Positions 14,560 through 28,186 of a stretch of 64,000 nucleotides of DNA are shown here, in pieces. The stretch lies in assembly GCF_009914755.1 (NCBI RefSeq), contig NC_060930.1; one strand, given 5' to 3'. Position numbers and translations under genes: made by a program. Under the pieces are notes generated by a model that saw only the letters and a program-made list of their open reading frames with translations, ran no database searches and was not told where the DNA came from. Numbering within the stretch: the stretch's first letter is position 1; each line of letters starts with the position of its first letter. The stretch comes from the human T2T-CHM13v2.0 reference genome, Homo sapiens.

Positions 14560-15370
14560 TTTGTGTCTTCTGCATTTATTTCTTAATTCATGTATTTTAT
14601 CAGTATGGTCATGGATTTTATACTTTATAATCCAGTATTTTGTTATTTATTTTGTTGGTAAAATTGTTCGGCTTTGGCTATTGGGAGCTATTTTGGTTGG
14701 CTCCTGTGTCTCTTTGGCACATCCCCATTGTTTGACGTAGCCCCACTGTTTTGTTTTTTGAGCACAGCCTTACACTCTGGCATGACAAGATGTTCCAGGC
14801 TTATCTTGTATATTCTTTCCATTGGCCCTGGGATCCATCATTTCTCCCAAGAACTCTAGTTGCTTATATTGGAGAACGGCATTAGAAACCAGAATTTGGA
14901 TGCTAGGTGTGCTTGCTGTTGCTGGGGTGTCGTGGATAGGCCCTCTCAGCAGACAGAGCTAGAAAATACATGCACACTAACCCACATATATATGCATATC
15001 TGTAATTAGTTCTATATCTATTCATCTGTGTCTATGTTAAGCTAGATATCAGTTCATTCTGATGTCTCCAGATCTAATCCAACATGGTTCATGGTGGCCT
15101 TTCTCCTCACTCAGCTGTAACCTTTCTCTCCAACAGTGAAAAGCCCTGGCTCCCATAATCTGCCATCCATTTTTTGTTTGTTCAATTGCAGTACACATGT
15201 ACAGAAGTTTCAGAATTAACTCATACCCTCATGAGAAACAACCTTGCCAACTAGAATACAACATTTATGTACAATTCCTTTTGTCCTTAGTCTTGTAGTT
15301 TCCCGTCAAAGCACCATTTCCCAGTGTGACTTAGGTCAGCCATTTTTTCTCCCCCACTCCCACTGGTTGA
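14560..15370 (-). mobile_element. old L1M (L1MC/MD-like) 3' region
   Basis: gatgttccaggcttatcttgtatatt...catttctcccaagaactctagt...ttagaaacca blocks typical of L1MC 3'UTR. Confidence 0.6.
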
Positions 15371-16409
15371 TTTTTAAACTGCCTTATTTATGTTTGGATA
15401 TGTCATTATCAAACCATTTTCTACTCCATTTCTAAGTGTTGGCTTCTAGAATTTTAATCAGCCTAGCTTTTTTTAGCTTAATTTTTTAAAAAGCAACATG
15501 TTCCCTCATTTTCTCTCTTTTAAGGATGTACTACAGTCATATCAAGCATGAAATTCTATCTTTCCTAGCTCATTAATAAATATAAACAAAATACTATTGG
15601 AAAAAGACTGTTACAGGTAGATGTGATAGAAGCTGGCTAGAGTGAGCAGGTTCACAAGAACCCTTGTGCAGGCAGAAAGTGTGACTCCTGGAGGCAGAGA
15701 AAAGGAGTGAAAGACTTGGAAGAGGTCTTCAATGATGGTTGAGGGTGAAATTAGCACACTGCCTTTCTTCAGTGCTATGTGCCTTAGGAGGAAATTAGGC
15801 AACAGGAAATGTGAGTGGTTCCTGACTTTCCAGAAGGTCAAATGTGACAATGGAGACTTTCCAGTACCATCAAGAGAGGATAGTGGAACTATTTCCACCA
15901 ACAAGGGGGCTCTAACTGAGGGGAATTTTGATCTAACTGAGGGGAATTCCTAGCCACTTTAAAGATTCAGCTCACAGCATGGATGCCTGGGGAACTGGGA
16001 AGGTAAACACATAAGTGGGTATGCACTATCATTTTGCACACTACTTTGAAATGGCAGGTGTGTTTGAAGTAATCCATTGAAAGGCAAATTTTGCTTTCCC
16101 AGTCATAAACCAACATTCCACAGAGACCTAGGCTGTAGGATTACAGTAACTTTGATGTCCAAGAAATAGTCATAAAAATACCTTTAATAATAGAAACTTA
16201 AGGGATCTTTGTCATTTGACCTTCTGGTTCCTGATCATGAGACAAGCTAGGGCGGAACTTGTAAAAAAAAAAAAAAATCGAGGTACAAAATTGTTGGGAT
16301 TTACCCGATTTTTAAAAAATGGAAAAATGTAAAGTCACATGTTTTAGGGTCATCTCGTTAGACTACAAAGTCAACAGACCTGGAATTCCGTTCAACTGAA
16401 CATATATGA

Positions 16410-16742
<333 letters not shown>

Positions 16743-17007
16743 AGGGCTCTCACATAAAAGTGATTCAAACACAACAGTGCACATAGGAGCTTACAATTCA
16801 GTCAAGGGAACATGAACAATACACACACAGATAATGGTTGCATAGACTTCATGGTGAAGGTAGCCTTGGGGATGGGCCTAAAAAATGAATAGGATGTCAC
16901 AAGGTGGAGATGAGAAGGAAAGCACTTCAAGCCAACTGACCAACAAAGCACAGATGTAAAAAATGCATGGTATTTGAGGGCAGGGTCAGTAGTCCAGTTT
17001 GGGGGTA

Positions 17008-17775
17008 GTAGTGGTTTTCAGAGTGTGATTCCCAGAGCATCTACTTCAGCATCACCTGAGAACTTGTTAGAAATGCAAATTCTCAGGTTTCAACATCTGA
17101 CCCAGTAACTGCACCCTTAGGCATGTATTTCAAGAGAGATGAAAACCTATGCCCGTGTAAAAACTTGTGCATGAATCTTTATAATAGCATTATTCATAAT
17201 AGTCAGAAAGTAGTAGCAACCCAACTGTCCATCAACTGATGAATGGATAAATAAAATGTGATATATCCATACAGTGAAATATGATCCAACTATACAAAGG
17301 AATGAAATAATGATACATGTTACAATATGAATGAAATTTGAAAACATAGTAGTAAGTGAAAGAAGCCAGACACAAAGGACCACATATTATGTAATTCATT
17401 TTATATGAAATGTCAGAATAGGTTAATATATAGAGAGAAACAGTAGATTAGTGGCTTCTGGGGGCTGGGGACAGGGAGATATGGGAAGTGGCTACTATGG
17501 GTGTCTTTTAGGGTGATGAAAATATTCTAGCATTAGATAGTGGTAATAGTTGCAGAACCTTGTAAATATACTACAAACTACTAAATTGTACCTTTTGAGA
17601 GGGTTACCATTATGGTATGTGAATTATGTCACAATTAAATAAAAAAAGAAAGGAAAAGTATCATGTCTCACCTGAGTTCTCATGAATTGGAAGCCCAGGT
17701 GCTGGGGTCCTACAGCCTGCATGTCTATACCCCTCCAGGGGATTCTGATGCACACTACAGTATGTGACCACCTGG
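17008..17775. mobile_element. MER5A split by an L1MB insertion
   Basis: gtggttttcagagtgtg...cagcatcacctgagaacttgttagaaatgcaaattctcagg (17008-17095); remainder at about 17670-17775. Confidence 0.65.
17097..17650 (+). mobile_element. L1MB/L1MC-type 3' end
   Basis: caacccaactgtccatcaactgatgaatggataaataaaatgtg...agtgaaagaagccagacacaaaggaccaca...poly-A. Confidence 0.85.
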
Positions 17776-18199
17776 CTAGAGCAATGGGTCTCAGTCCTGG
17801 TCAGACATTATTATTAAATAGGAAATTTTTTTTAAGTATCAATTTCCTGGGCCCCACATCCAGAGATCTGATTCACTGGGCCAGGGAATCAGTGTTTTTC
17901 AAAAGCTACTCACATGAACCTCTTGTGTACCACAGTTGAGATCCACCAGTCTAAAGCCTAAGGCATGTGTATGTGGATGCTGGAGAGAGAGATTAGGGCC
18001 TCACTTTAGAAAGCCTTGATAAACAGCCTTGAGTGGAAGGAGATCATTAGTTCTGTATATTAAGATTTTTCTGGCAAAATGGGGAGAAAGGAATTGGCAT
18101 GTGTAGACACTGAAGGCCATATGATCAGTTAAGAAATCTGGACAAGCGAAAGGAATCAAGGGTCGAAAGCAGAGTTGTGGTGATGGCAGGGAAAAGGAA

Positions 18200-18317
18200 G
18201 GAGTGAGAGAAATGGAGAAAGACACACAGGCTGTGAAAACAAACAGGACCGGGACCCCCTCAGTCCGGTCCTATTTGTTTTCACAGTCTGTGTGTCTTTC
18301 TCCATTTCTCTCACTCC
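18200..18317. repeat. near-perfect inverted repeat (53-bp arms, 12-nt loop)
   Basis: 18200-18252 is the reverse complement of 18265-18317 with 2 mismatches. Confidence 0.97.
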
Positions 18318-18406
18318 CTCTCAGAGTGAGGAGTCGAAGTTGCCTTCAGAGTTGAGTCTAGGTGACTAGACAAAGGTAACATCGTCAAAACAAATAAGGA
18401 AACTAG

Positions 18407-18683
18407 GGCCAACGCGGTGGCTCACGCCTGTAATCCCAGCACTTTGGGATGCCGAGGCGGGAGGATCACGAGGTCAGCAGATCGAGACCATCCTGGCTAA
18501 CACGGTGAAACTCCGTCTCCACTAAAAATACAAAAAAAAATTAGCCAGGCGTGGTGGTGGGCGCCTGTAGTCCCGGCTCCTCGGGAGGCTGAGGCAGGAG
18601 AATGGCGTGAACCCGGGAGGCGGAGCTTGCAGCCTGGGCGACAGAGCGAGACTCCGTCTCAAAAAAAAATAAAAAATAAAAAA
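18407..18683 (+). mobile_element. AluY with a 29-bp right-arm deletion
   Basis: AluY diagnostics; reads gagcttgcagcctgggcgac; TSD aaataaggaaac. Confidence 0.93.
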
Positions 18684-18917
18684 ATAAGGAAACCAAGGGT
18701 TTCTGCTGGTGTTTTGGTGTGAAAGAATGAGAAATACAGGACAAAGGGGAAAGTTTGAAGGGTAAAGGTGAGAATAAAATAAGGATCATCCAGGACACAC
18801 CTACTTTTAAAACAAAACAACAGCTGCAACTATTCCACGAGCAAATCAGATTCTGCCCAATTTCTCTGAAATTAGCATTAGCATTGCAAATATAAGATTA
18901 AATCAATTATGGGAGCT

Positions 18918-19415
18918 TTTATTAGTTTCTAGTGTTGCCATAACAAATTATTTCAAACTTAGTGGCTTAAAACAGCATAACTTTATCTTAGGTCAGATGG
19001 CTGACACAGGTCTCCACTGGGCTGAAATCAAGGTCTGGGCAGGACTGCATGCCTATTAAGAGGGTCTGGAAAAAAAATCCGTTTCGTTGCCTTTTCCATC
19101 TTCCAGAGGCCACCTGTATTCCGTGGCTGATGGACCCTTCCTCCATCTTTAAAGCCAGCAATAGTGAGTTGAGCTTTTTCATAGTTCAGCACTTCGACTT
19201 CCTCATCTGCCTACCTCCTCCACTTTTAAAGGACCCTGTAATTACACTGGAACCACCCACAATAATCTGGGTTAATCTCCCTATTTTAAGTTCAGCTGAT
19301 TAGCAACCTTAATTCCAACTCCAACCTTCATTCCTCTTTGCCATGTAATGTAATATAATCACAGATTCTGAGGTTTAGGATGGGCATCTTTGGAGGTCAT
19401 TATTCTGCCTACCAC
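18918..19415 (-). mobile_element. MLT1D-like MaLR LTR
   Basis: ttagtttctagtgttgccataacaaatt...cagctgattagcaaccttaattcc...attattctgcctaccaca. Confidence 0.85.
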
Positions 19416-19728
19416 ACAGCCATTTCATATTTTTAGACTCACTATACAAATTCAATTTCTGCCTTCCAGATCTGTTCTAGTATTCCATAATGTGCATGAA
19501 ACTATGTTCCTTTTTACAGCAGCTTTACTCAATGGTAGTGGAACTTACAACAAGCCAGATAACAGTAGGGTATCACCAATAGCTTACAGTTCAATACTAA
19601 GGAATAGTATTAACTTAAGAGTGTGCCTATAAACAAATTGCAAAGGATTTCTTTCTTTTATCATAGAAATCAAGAAGTTTCTGAATCACTTTCAGTTTTA
19701 CCTCTACTTTTGTCCAGTTTATGAGACT

Positions 19729-20112
19729 TACATTAGTTTGCTTGGCTGTAGTAACAAAGTGCCATGGATTGGGTGGCTTAAAAAACAGGAATTTATTTTC
19801 TCATAGCCTGGAGGCTGGAAACCTGAGATCAAGGTGTCTGAGGGCTATGGAGGAAAGATCTGCTCTACGCCTCCCTCCTTGGCTGATAGACATCTGTCTT
19901 CTCCCTGTGTCTTCATAAAGCATTCCACCTTTATATGCCTGTATCCAGATTTCTTCTTATAAGGGCACCAATCATATGGGATTAGGGCCCATACTCTAAT
20001 TTAATTACTCCTTAAATGCCCTATTTCCAAATACAGTTACATTCCAAAGTACTAGGGATTAGGACTTTGACACTTGAATTTTTGTGTGAGAGACACAATT
20101 CAGCCCATAACG
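19729..20112 (-). mobile_element. MLT1A/B-like MaLR LTR
   Basis: ttagtttgcttggctgtagtaacaaagtgcca...acacaattcagcccataac. Confidence 0.85.
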
Positions 20113-20936
20113 TAATAGGACAATGAGGTATTATCCATAATAAGATAAACCTATTACAAAATGAGCATCATGTTCTGACACCAATGGTTAGTGGCTGCCT
20201 TACAGTATCTTTTGGGAAGGATTCTGACGGCATATATAGCTCAGTTAGAAAGAGCACTAAGATCAACTAGCAATGACCCCATGGACGCCAGCTGGTGAGG
20301 TGGCAAGCGATGTGCTGTAGATTTGCAAACCTTCTCATGACTCAGTTGCCACACAGGCAATGAGAGATTCTTTTGCTAAGTACAGAGTAGGCTACTATCA
20401 GGAAAGATAAAATTGGATGCTGATGGACTGAGCCATCAGCTACATTATAACCTGGAATTTATTGTCCCACCTCCACTCTAAGTTTGGAATGTTGTTATTT
20501 GTACTATATGGTTCCAGACTGACCAGTGTCTAAATGCTTAAATAATAATTTGAAAACCTGCCTAAGGAATATAAGGTATTAATATGAATTATTTATCAAT
20601 AAAGGATGCCTTTTATAGGAAAATGAAATCATTAGAGAAGGTAGTTATTACATTGTTTTGACTTTATACAGCATGGATTCATTTAACAATAATACACTTA
20701 GACATGGCCCATAAAAAAGAATTGGCTGTAAAACTATCAGGAGACCTGATACTGTTTTCATTAAAAATGACAAACCATCATTATTGAAGGATGAATATGA
20801 TTTTTATAAGAGTAACTGTGTGAAAATTTTGACTGAGCTATAGTCCCCAGAATGGTTCAGGGTACCTTTATAGTATCAAAACTCTGCCAATAACTATCAC
20901 AGCTTCAAACCAGCCACTTAGCAGGCAGATTCCTGA

Positions 20937-21258
<322 letters not shown>

Positions 21259-21769
21259 ATCAGCAGGAGACTTTAAGACAATTTGGGTTAGAGCCTTATC
21301 CAAATTATCGCAGTCATACATCCCTAGTCTCATGCCACTGGTAACCCAAAGAGATGGCAAAAGGAGAAGGGCTGAGACTCAGCACCTTTCACTAGCAGGA
21401 GCCAATTCTGTTGGCATTCCTGATGTTTCAAGACCCACATCAACAGACTCCGAGAGAGTTTCCAAGATAAACTGGAACGTATGCTGGATGTACTTTTAAC
21501 CACAGAAGTTAGTCTTTACTGAGAAGTATGTAGCAAGAGCAAGCTGACTTCTGCCACTCTGTTCAAGATCCTGGGGACAGTGTCATGTGAGGCTGGAGCA
21601 CAAGAGAACTAGTGTTACATTGCCAGGTGGGCCAACATTAAAGCGCCCTGTCAGGGTGACCTGACCACAGTGGAACCAGGACTGATGAGAGTTACCAAGA
21701 GAGCAGCATAAATGATCCCTCCTCTCCAGTCTCTCAAATGAAGGAAGAGAATCTCTTGGCAGTTCTCAT

Positions 21770-22640
21770 CATTTTAAGTTCACAAGTAATATATAAATAT
21801 GCATCATTGTGAAGAATATGAATTACTTTTAAATGTCAACACATAAATGCAAACAATTTAAACTATATAAAATGCCTTCTTCCTGACTTTCTTAATCTTA
21901 TTCTTTTTCATAGATTTAACCATTTTTTTCAGTTGTGTGGCTATTCCTCCAAATCTATAGTTTATACATTTACAGATAATATTTATATTATAATATTTTA
22001 TATATCTCATACAATATATACTTATATATGACATATATCATATAATGATATATAAATATATGAATAAAAATATGTATTATATAGTAAATATATTAAATAA
22101 AAATATAAATGTCTATATAAATATATATGAAAAAATTATAGATTTTTAAATATATATGTATGTATGTATATAAAACATTTTACCTATTATCCGGCAAATT
22201 GCTTATTTTTCACTCAGCATTTTGTCTTCGAGACTTGCCATATTAATGCATTGATCTACCTCTTCTTTTTAATCATTACATAGTATGCTAATATCATATT
22301 TCAATACTCACTTTTCTGTTGCTTGCCATAGAGACACTTTCCCATTCTCTGAGACTGTGAGTGCTGCTCTGCCTTTCACTGGGCACCTGGAAACCTTCTT
22401 TTCCATGTTCATTCTGACAAGTGAGAGTTTTCTCTATAATTGATTCATAAAAGAACAAATGTTACAGAAAAGGTTATTTTATTTTTGTTTTAATGACTAC
22501 CCAAAATTCTGTTTCTATTAGCACCAGTAGTATACCAGAGAGTCTTTTTCCCACACTTTCCCAACACTTGATATTGCCAATCTGTTCAATATTTTTCAAT
22601 TTCATGGCCAAAAATAGTAAATAATTTGCACTTCTATCAC
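21770..22640 (-). mobile_element. old L1ME-like 3' fragment with AT-rich low-complexity tract (about 21960-22170)
   Basis: ttgcttatttttcactcagcattttgtc...ttcccacactttcccaacacttgatatt. Confidence 0.5.
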
Positions 22641-23296
22641 CTAGTGTTTATGCACCTGCTAATGTAAGACAGAAACATCGTGAAATGCTTAAACATGGTT
22701 TTAAAAGTTGTTAAGTAAGGAGAGAAAGAGGTATCTCAACTTATTAAGGCAGTTTTTGTTAATAAAATGGTGGAAACGATATTGTCTTCCCCACAGGGTT
22801 GGTTTGAGAGAAAGGAGAAAGTCTTTGTACAAGTGTTTGAGCATTATGCAAATATTACTTATTTACCTATTGTTATTGTAACTTTTGAGTTACTATAGTT
22901 TGATGCATTTTGGGGGGAATGAAATGAGACCAAATAATTTTTTCTTCCAGTAGAGAGCTATACTCTGTTTCATTCCCTTCCTATTGACTAGTACAGAAAC
23001 AAATAGCAGCAAAGCGAGGGCCATGGATGATAGTTTGAGAGTGACTGGAAGTTTTTATTATTATAGAAACCATTATTAAGCTTTAAGACTTAGAAATAAG
23101 ATAGTAGGAAAAAATGTGTCTTAAAACTACTCATTATTTACTAAAACATTAGAGAAAGCTACATTTCAAGGCTGTGACTCCTTGAAAGCTAGTGGACTAA
23201 GCCCACTGAACGTCTACATCATGCCAGTCAATGCATAAGGCACCAAGGATGTAAAGATGTGAGAAACTGTTCCTAACAGGAGAAAGACACACAATT

Positions 23297-23754
23297 GTAA
23301 TATGATATGTTGCGCCAGATTGTCTAGGTATAACAATACCATTCCTGCTCCCTTCTAGACTTGTCCTGTACACAAGATCCGGAAGCCTGAAAGCTACACT
23401 TCCATTATGTCTTATCAACAACATTCCAGTTTAAGTCCCACCACTGAGAGGCACTCATATGAGCTTCAAGAGGTAGGAGAGAAAGGGAGGTCATTATTGC
23501 TCCAACTGCAGTAGGCAGGCAGGCCTTTGACAGACGGCAGATACGAAGTTTTGCAATTTATTCAGAGTCCTAGAAATCACCCCCTTTGTGTTACAGCCAC
23601 CTGAGATAGTCAGTGGTGATTGCCCACAATTCCTGAAATTCCCGATTTCCTGAGAGCCAGGAGTGACTGGGCTCCCCTGCCCTTCCCACTGTTTTCTTGA
23701 CATTGAACTTCCTATTTGAAATACCTTGAGTAGTTTTCTTTTCTTTGCTGATAC
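23297..23754 (+). mobile_element. ERVL LTR (LTR33-like)
   Basis: ccattcctgctcccttcta...gaagcctgaaagctacacttcc; ends tttgaaataccttgagtagtttt...tgataca. Confidence 0.55.
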
Positions 23755-23861
23755 AGGTGGTAGGTGCTATGGGATTATAGCTTTCAATTATTAAAAAAAC
23801 AGCCTAAGGTAAGGATACATATGACCTCCTGGACAGTGGAAAACTTGCTTGACTTCAAGGG

Positions 23862-24550
23862 TGTTAGGAGACTCAGCTGAGCCCAGAAAGAGCTGAGCTA
23901 CCGGGTATTGGAGTAGCCAATTAAAGCAACAATCCAAAAGGAGTCAAGAGAGGCAGAAAGGGCTAGGCCTTTAATCACTTACTGCCATAGTACGAGAAGA
24001 GAAAGTGCCAACCACCCTGAGCAATCTTCTGCCAAGGAATGGTGTGCAGGTCAAGGGTCAGCTGAATTAGCACAGATATGGGCATCATCTCAGTGCTAGG
24101 GAGCTCAAAACAAAAGGCTTCAGCAGTTTATGAACCCTGGGGTCAAGGGGAGTGTGAGGAGTAGAAAAGTACTGGGCGCTGAGTCAGTGGGGAAAGGTAT
24201 GCATTTTCAAGGTTTTTTCCTTCTTCCCTCATAATGCATCTGAAGAGGATCTGTGCCCAAGGCCTCAGATAGAGAGACCTGGAATGAAGGACTAGTATGG
24301 GAATGCAAGCATGTGAAGAGCCTGATTCCTCTGTTGCATCTCCCTTCAGAGGCTGCCATGCAAGGGCTGTGGCTGTGCACTATGCATGGACTGTGCATCT
24401 CATCTGGGGTGGGGAGGGCAGCTTTGCCCCTGAGGCCTGCCAGCTAGAGCCTTTGTCATTGCCTCTGGACAGGCCTGAAAGCTCACACATTGGTTTTTAA
24501 CCAGGAGTAAACTTCTCTGAAGGAGCAAGATTGGCAGTTTGCTAAAAGGC
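23862..24550 (-). mobile_element. LTR41-like ERVL solo LTR
   Basis: reverse complement begins tagcaaactgccaatcttgctcc...ctcctggttaaaaacc and ends gtaagtgattaaaggcc...gctcagctgagtctcctaaca. Confidence 0.6.
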
Positions 24551-26370
24551 ATATAGATGGACCAATGTGAATGGACATAAACCACAAGGATCTTTGCCCC
24601 TCCCCTAAACACTCAACAGAGTATCCACTGCAGAGTGGCACTCAGCCAGCAGGAGGAGAAGACTTGTCCTATGGATGTCAGCCAGCCTCTCTCTTTGGCC
24701 ACCATTATGCTTGGAAAATGGGCCCATGGATAGAGACCGCATTGCCTCAGTGTTTTGGCTCCCTCTTGCCAAGCCTAATCTAGTTATTGATACTGGTCAT
24801 CGCCTGACCTTCCAGCAGCAGTAATGGATGCTGAACCCACAACATGGAATCATTCCTCAGGGAGACCATAAAGTCACCTGGTGGCAAGTTGATAACATTG
24901 GCCCCTTCTGCGCTGGAGGAAGCAAGGATTTGTTCTTGTTAGGGGAGGCAACTGCTGTAGACTCTAAGCCTCCCTGCGTGTTCTTGCTGGGTATGACAAG
25001 AATGCAAGGCCCTCACAGCTCTTGCCAGGTCATTTATCAAGGTTGTGTTTGCAGTAATCAACCTTGAGAGATGAAGTAATATCTCCCTCCAAGACAAAGA
25101 GAAGGTTTGTTTATTGCTTTCTATAAAACAATGGTTTCCCAAGCTGCATATTCCTCAGTTGTGATACAAACTTACTACATCTATCTGTGCCCTCTATCAT
25201 ACCCCCATGAGACTTGGAGACAGGGGAGCTGACATATATCATGCTGCTTGCTGTGCTGGGAGTAAAAGTCTTTGTCTCTGATCTAAGAGTCTTATATCTT
25301 CTGCCAGAATCCATAAAATAGTAACAGGTTAACTTATTACCTTCAAAAGTAAGGTAAAATCTAATTCCAAACCTAACAGTTTTTACCAGAATTGCGATCA
25401 ATTCCTGATATACACTTGCCTCCTCCACCTGTAGTACCGCTCTATAAGCACCATGAACCAAGGCGTCATAGAATGCCTGAACTATTGACTTGGTACCCTG
25501 TACAAAATTGCCTTAGATCAAGGAACCTTTTTAACAGAAACGGAGGTACCAAAAAATGACATGACCAGAGCATCTGCAGTTCTTATCACACACCCCCTTA
25601 TTCAGAGGCATTTGGTTTAACAGAATGATGGTCTGTTAGGTAAGGAGCCAGATTAGGCTCAAAACCCCATGGTTCTGGGATACTTGCCTCTAGAATCTGC
25701 TAGACACATTGGACCATGGATGGATATAGAGTACTACATCCCCCATAGCTTGAATGCCTGGGACCTGAAACCCAGTTGTGCAAGTAGAAATGGACCTTCT
25801 CCCCATCCCTCTCAGTGTCCTGTTTATAGAATCTATGCTTCCCTTCCAGCAAACTTTGGCACTGCCAGGTTAGAAGTCTCAGTTCTTTGGGGAAAAACTT
25901 CAGCCAAAGGACACAATAAGGGTTCCATTGAACTTGGAGCTATAACTACTACCAAGTCGTTTGCGGTGGACCAGCAAACTTGGAAAGGAGTTATATTAGC
26001 ATGGAAGTAATTCACCCTGATTCACATGAAGTTCTACGGTTTTTTTTTTCTTTCTACACAATGGGGCAGGAAAGAATATGTTTAGAATCCAGGAGATACA
26101 CTGGGGCATCTCTTGGGAATTCCACGCCCAGTGAGAATGATAAATGGGCAATAACAAGTACCAGAGCCCAGTAAAAGCAAGGCAACCTAGAAGCCTGGAT
26201 ACCTTAAGGATAAGAATTTGAGTCAACCATCAGGCAAATCCTCCAGGCCAGTTCAGTGATGGCTGAGTAAAAGGGAACTCTAGAATGGATGGTGTAGCAG
26301 AAAGAGGATGAAAATCAATTACGGTCACAGGACCAGCTACAACTTTAGGAACTGCAATTTACTTCACTGA
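24551..26370 (+). pseudogene. degenerate ERVL (HERV16/ERVL-like) pol integrase region
   Basis: ORF 24828 reads LNPQHGIIPQGDHKVTWWQVDNIGP, matching the ERVL integrase motif GTIPRGDQPATWWQVDYIGPL; downstream attgccttagatcaaggaacc = IALDQGT; many stops and frameshifts. Confidence 0.85.
24937..25378 (+). mobile_element. LTR40-like solo LTR inserted in the ERVL integrase
   Basis: TG...CA termini; 3' block aaagtctttgtctctgatc...cttctgccag...aggtaaaatct; 5-bp TSD gttct/gtttt. Confidence 0.7.
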
Positions 26371-26497
26371 TCTTCTTGCTTTAGTCTTCTTAGAGATGTG
26401 ACTGGCTACACCTTGCAATAAACTCTATGACATTGAACTTACACTTTTTCTCTTAAGGAATAAGTGAGACTATCTTGTTCTAGCAAAAACGGAAGCT

Positions 26498-26677
26498 TAA
26501 AAATTAACTGGGCATGGTGGTGCACACCCATAGTCCTAGCTACTCAGGAAGTGAGGCGGGAGGATGGCTTGAGCTCAGGAGTTTGAGGCTGCAGTGAACC
26601 ATGATCACACCATTGCACTCCAGCCAGGGCAACCGAATGAAACCCTGTCTCTAAGAAAATAAAAAATAAAAATAAAA
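26498..26677 (+). mobile_element. AluJ right monomer / FRAM
   Basis: aaaattaactgggcatggtgg...gagtttgaggctgcagtga...ctgtctctaagaaaat. Confidence 0.88.
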
Positions 26678-26739
26678 TTTTTTAAAGGCAGCTCCATATT
26701 TTCATTGTGGTGCTAGAAACACTAGAGAGTGCAACTGAA

Positions 26740-27125
26740 TCTGAGTGGCGCAAGGGGCGGGCTGCATCAAATACTCCTTAGGCGCCACATCAGATCATTT
26801 TGGCCTCACCCCTCTGAGGTCTTTGGCTTTTTCCACTTACTCTGAAGAACTTCTTGCAGCCACACCCAATAGCACCTGTCTCATGCCAGTGCCACATACT
26901 TTTTGCTACCTACCCTGGCTTCCCTGTTGATGCTGAGGTATAAATCATCTGAGAACTTCTCAGGGAACTCCTGTAATCACAACCCAAAAATTCTGGAGAA
27001 TTAATGTCATGAATCCCACAGGAGCAATATGCAACCAATGGGAAAAGGAGCTGAGTGAATAAATTCTTCTCCATTTGCCTCCTACCCCTACCCACTCCAA
27101 ACAGTAGATATTGAGAATGCCACTC
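26740..27125 (+). mobile_element. LTR16-like ERVL LTR fragment
   Basis: gccacatcagatc...cctgagaacttctc...ggagaattaatg...caaccaatggg...gaataaattcttc. Confidence 0.5.
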
Positions 27126-27683
27126 ACTTAAGGGGAAGTCATATCACCCCCCCAATCACCACTACCCAGCCTCATTGGCTTGTCCTTGAGCCTAAATAAT
27201 TATGGTAATTACATTAGAACACAATGCCACTTAACAGACTCCAATATTCCCCACACACCAAAGCCTTCAGGCAAGGCAGTGTCAAGCAAAAAACCTTTAG
27301 TGCTCAAGTCCTTTTAAGTTGCAGAGAACGTGTCCAAAAACTCTCCCCACAGAGGCAACCTAAATTTCTCAGTCTCCCACACCATGGTAGAAAAGTAATA
27401 TTCTGATTCTTCCTACTCTGGCTTTGCATGATCTTCTTTCAGGTTTTTTCATAGCAGGCTTGGTGCCAATGGTTACACCCAGGTCCTTAGCAATTGCCCA
27501 CGGCTCTCTGAGCCATCAGACAGGTAAAGCTTGTAGTGTGCACGCAGTACTTCCCAGCACTGGGGCGAGTGAGCCAACCTCATTCAGCCCGACTCGCCCA
27601 TCAGATGATGCTGCAGGTTCCCACTCCCAAGGGGCCACTCCTTGTTTCATCTGGAATGAGTGCCAGACACTTCCAACTCATGA

Positions 27684-28186
<503 letters not shown>

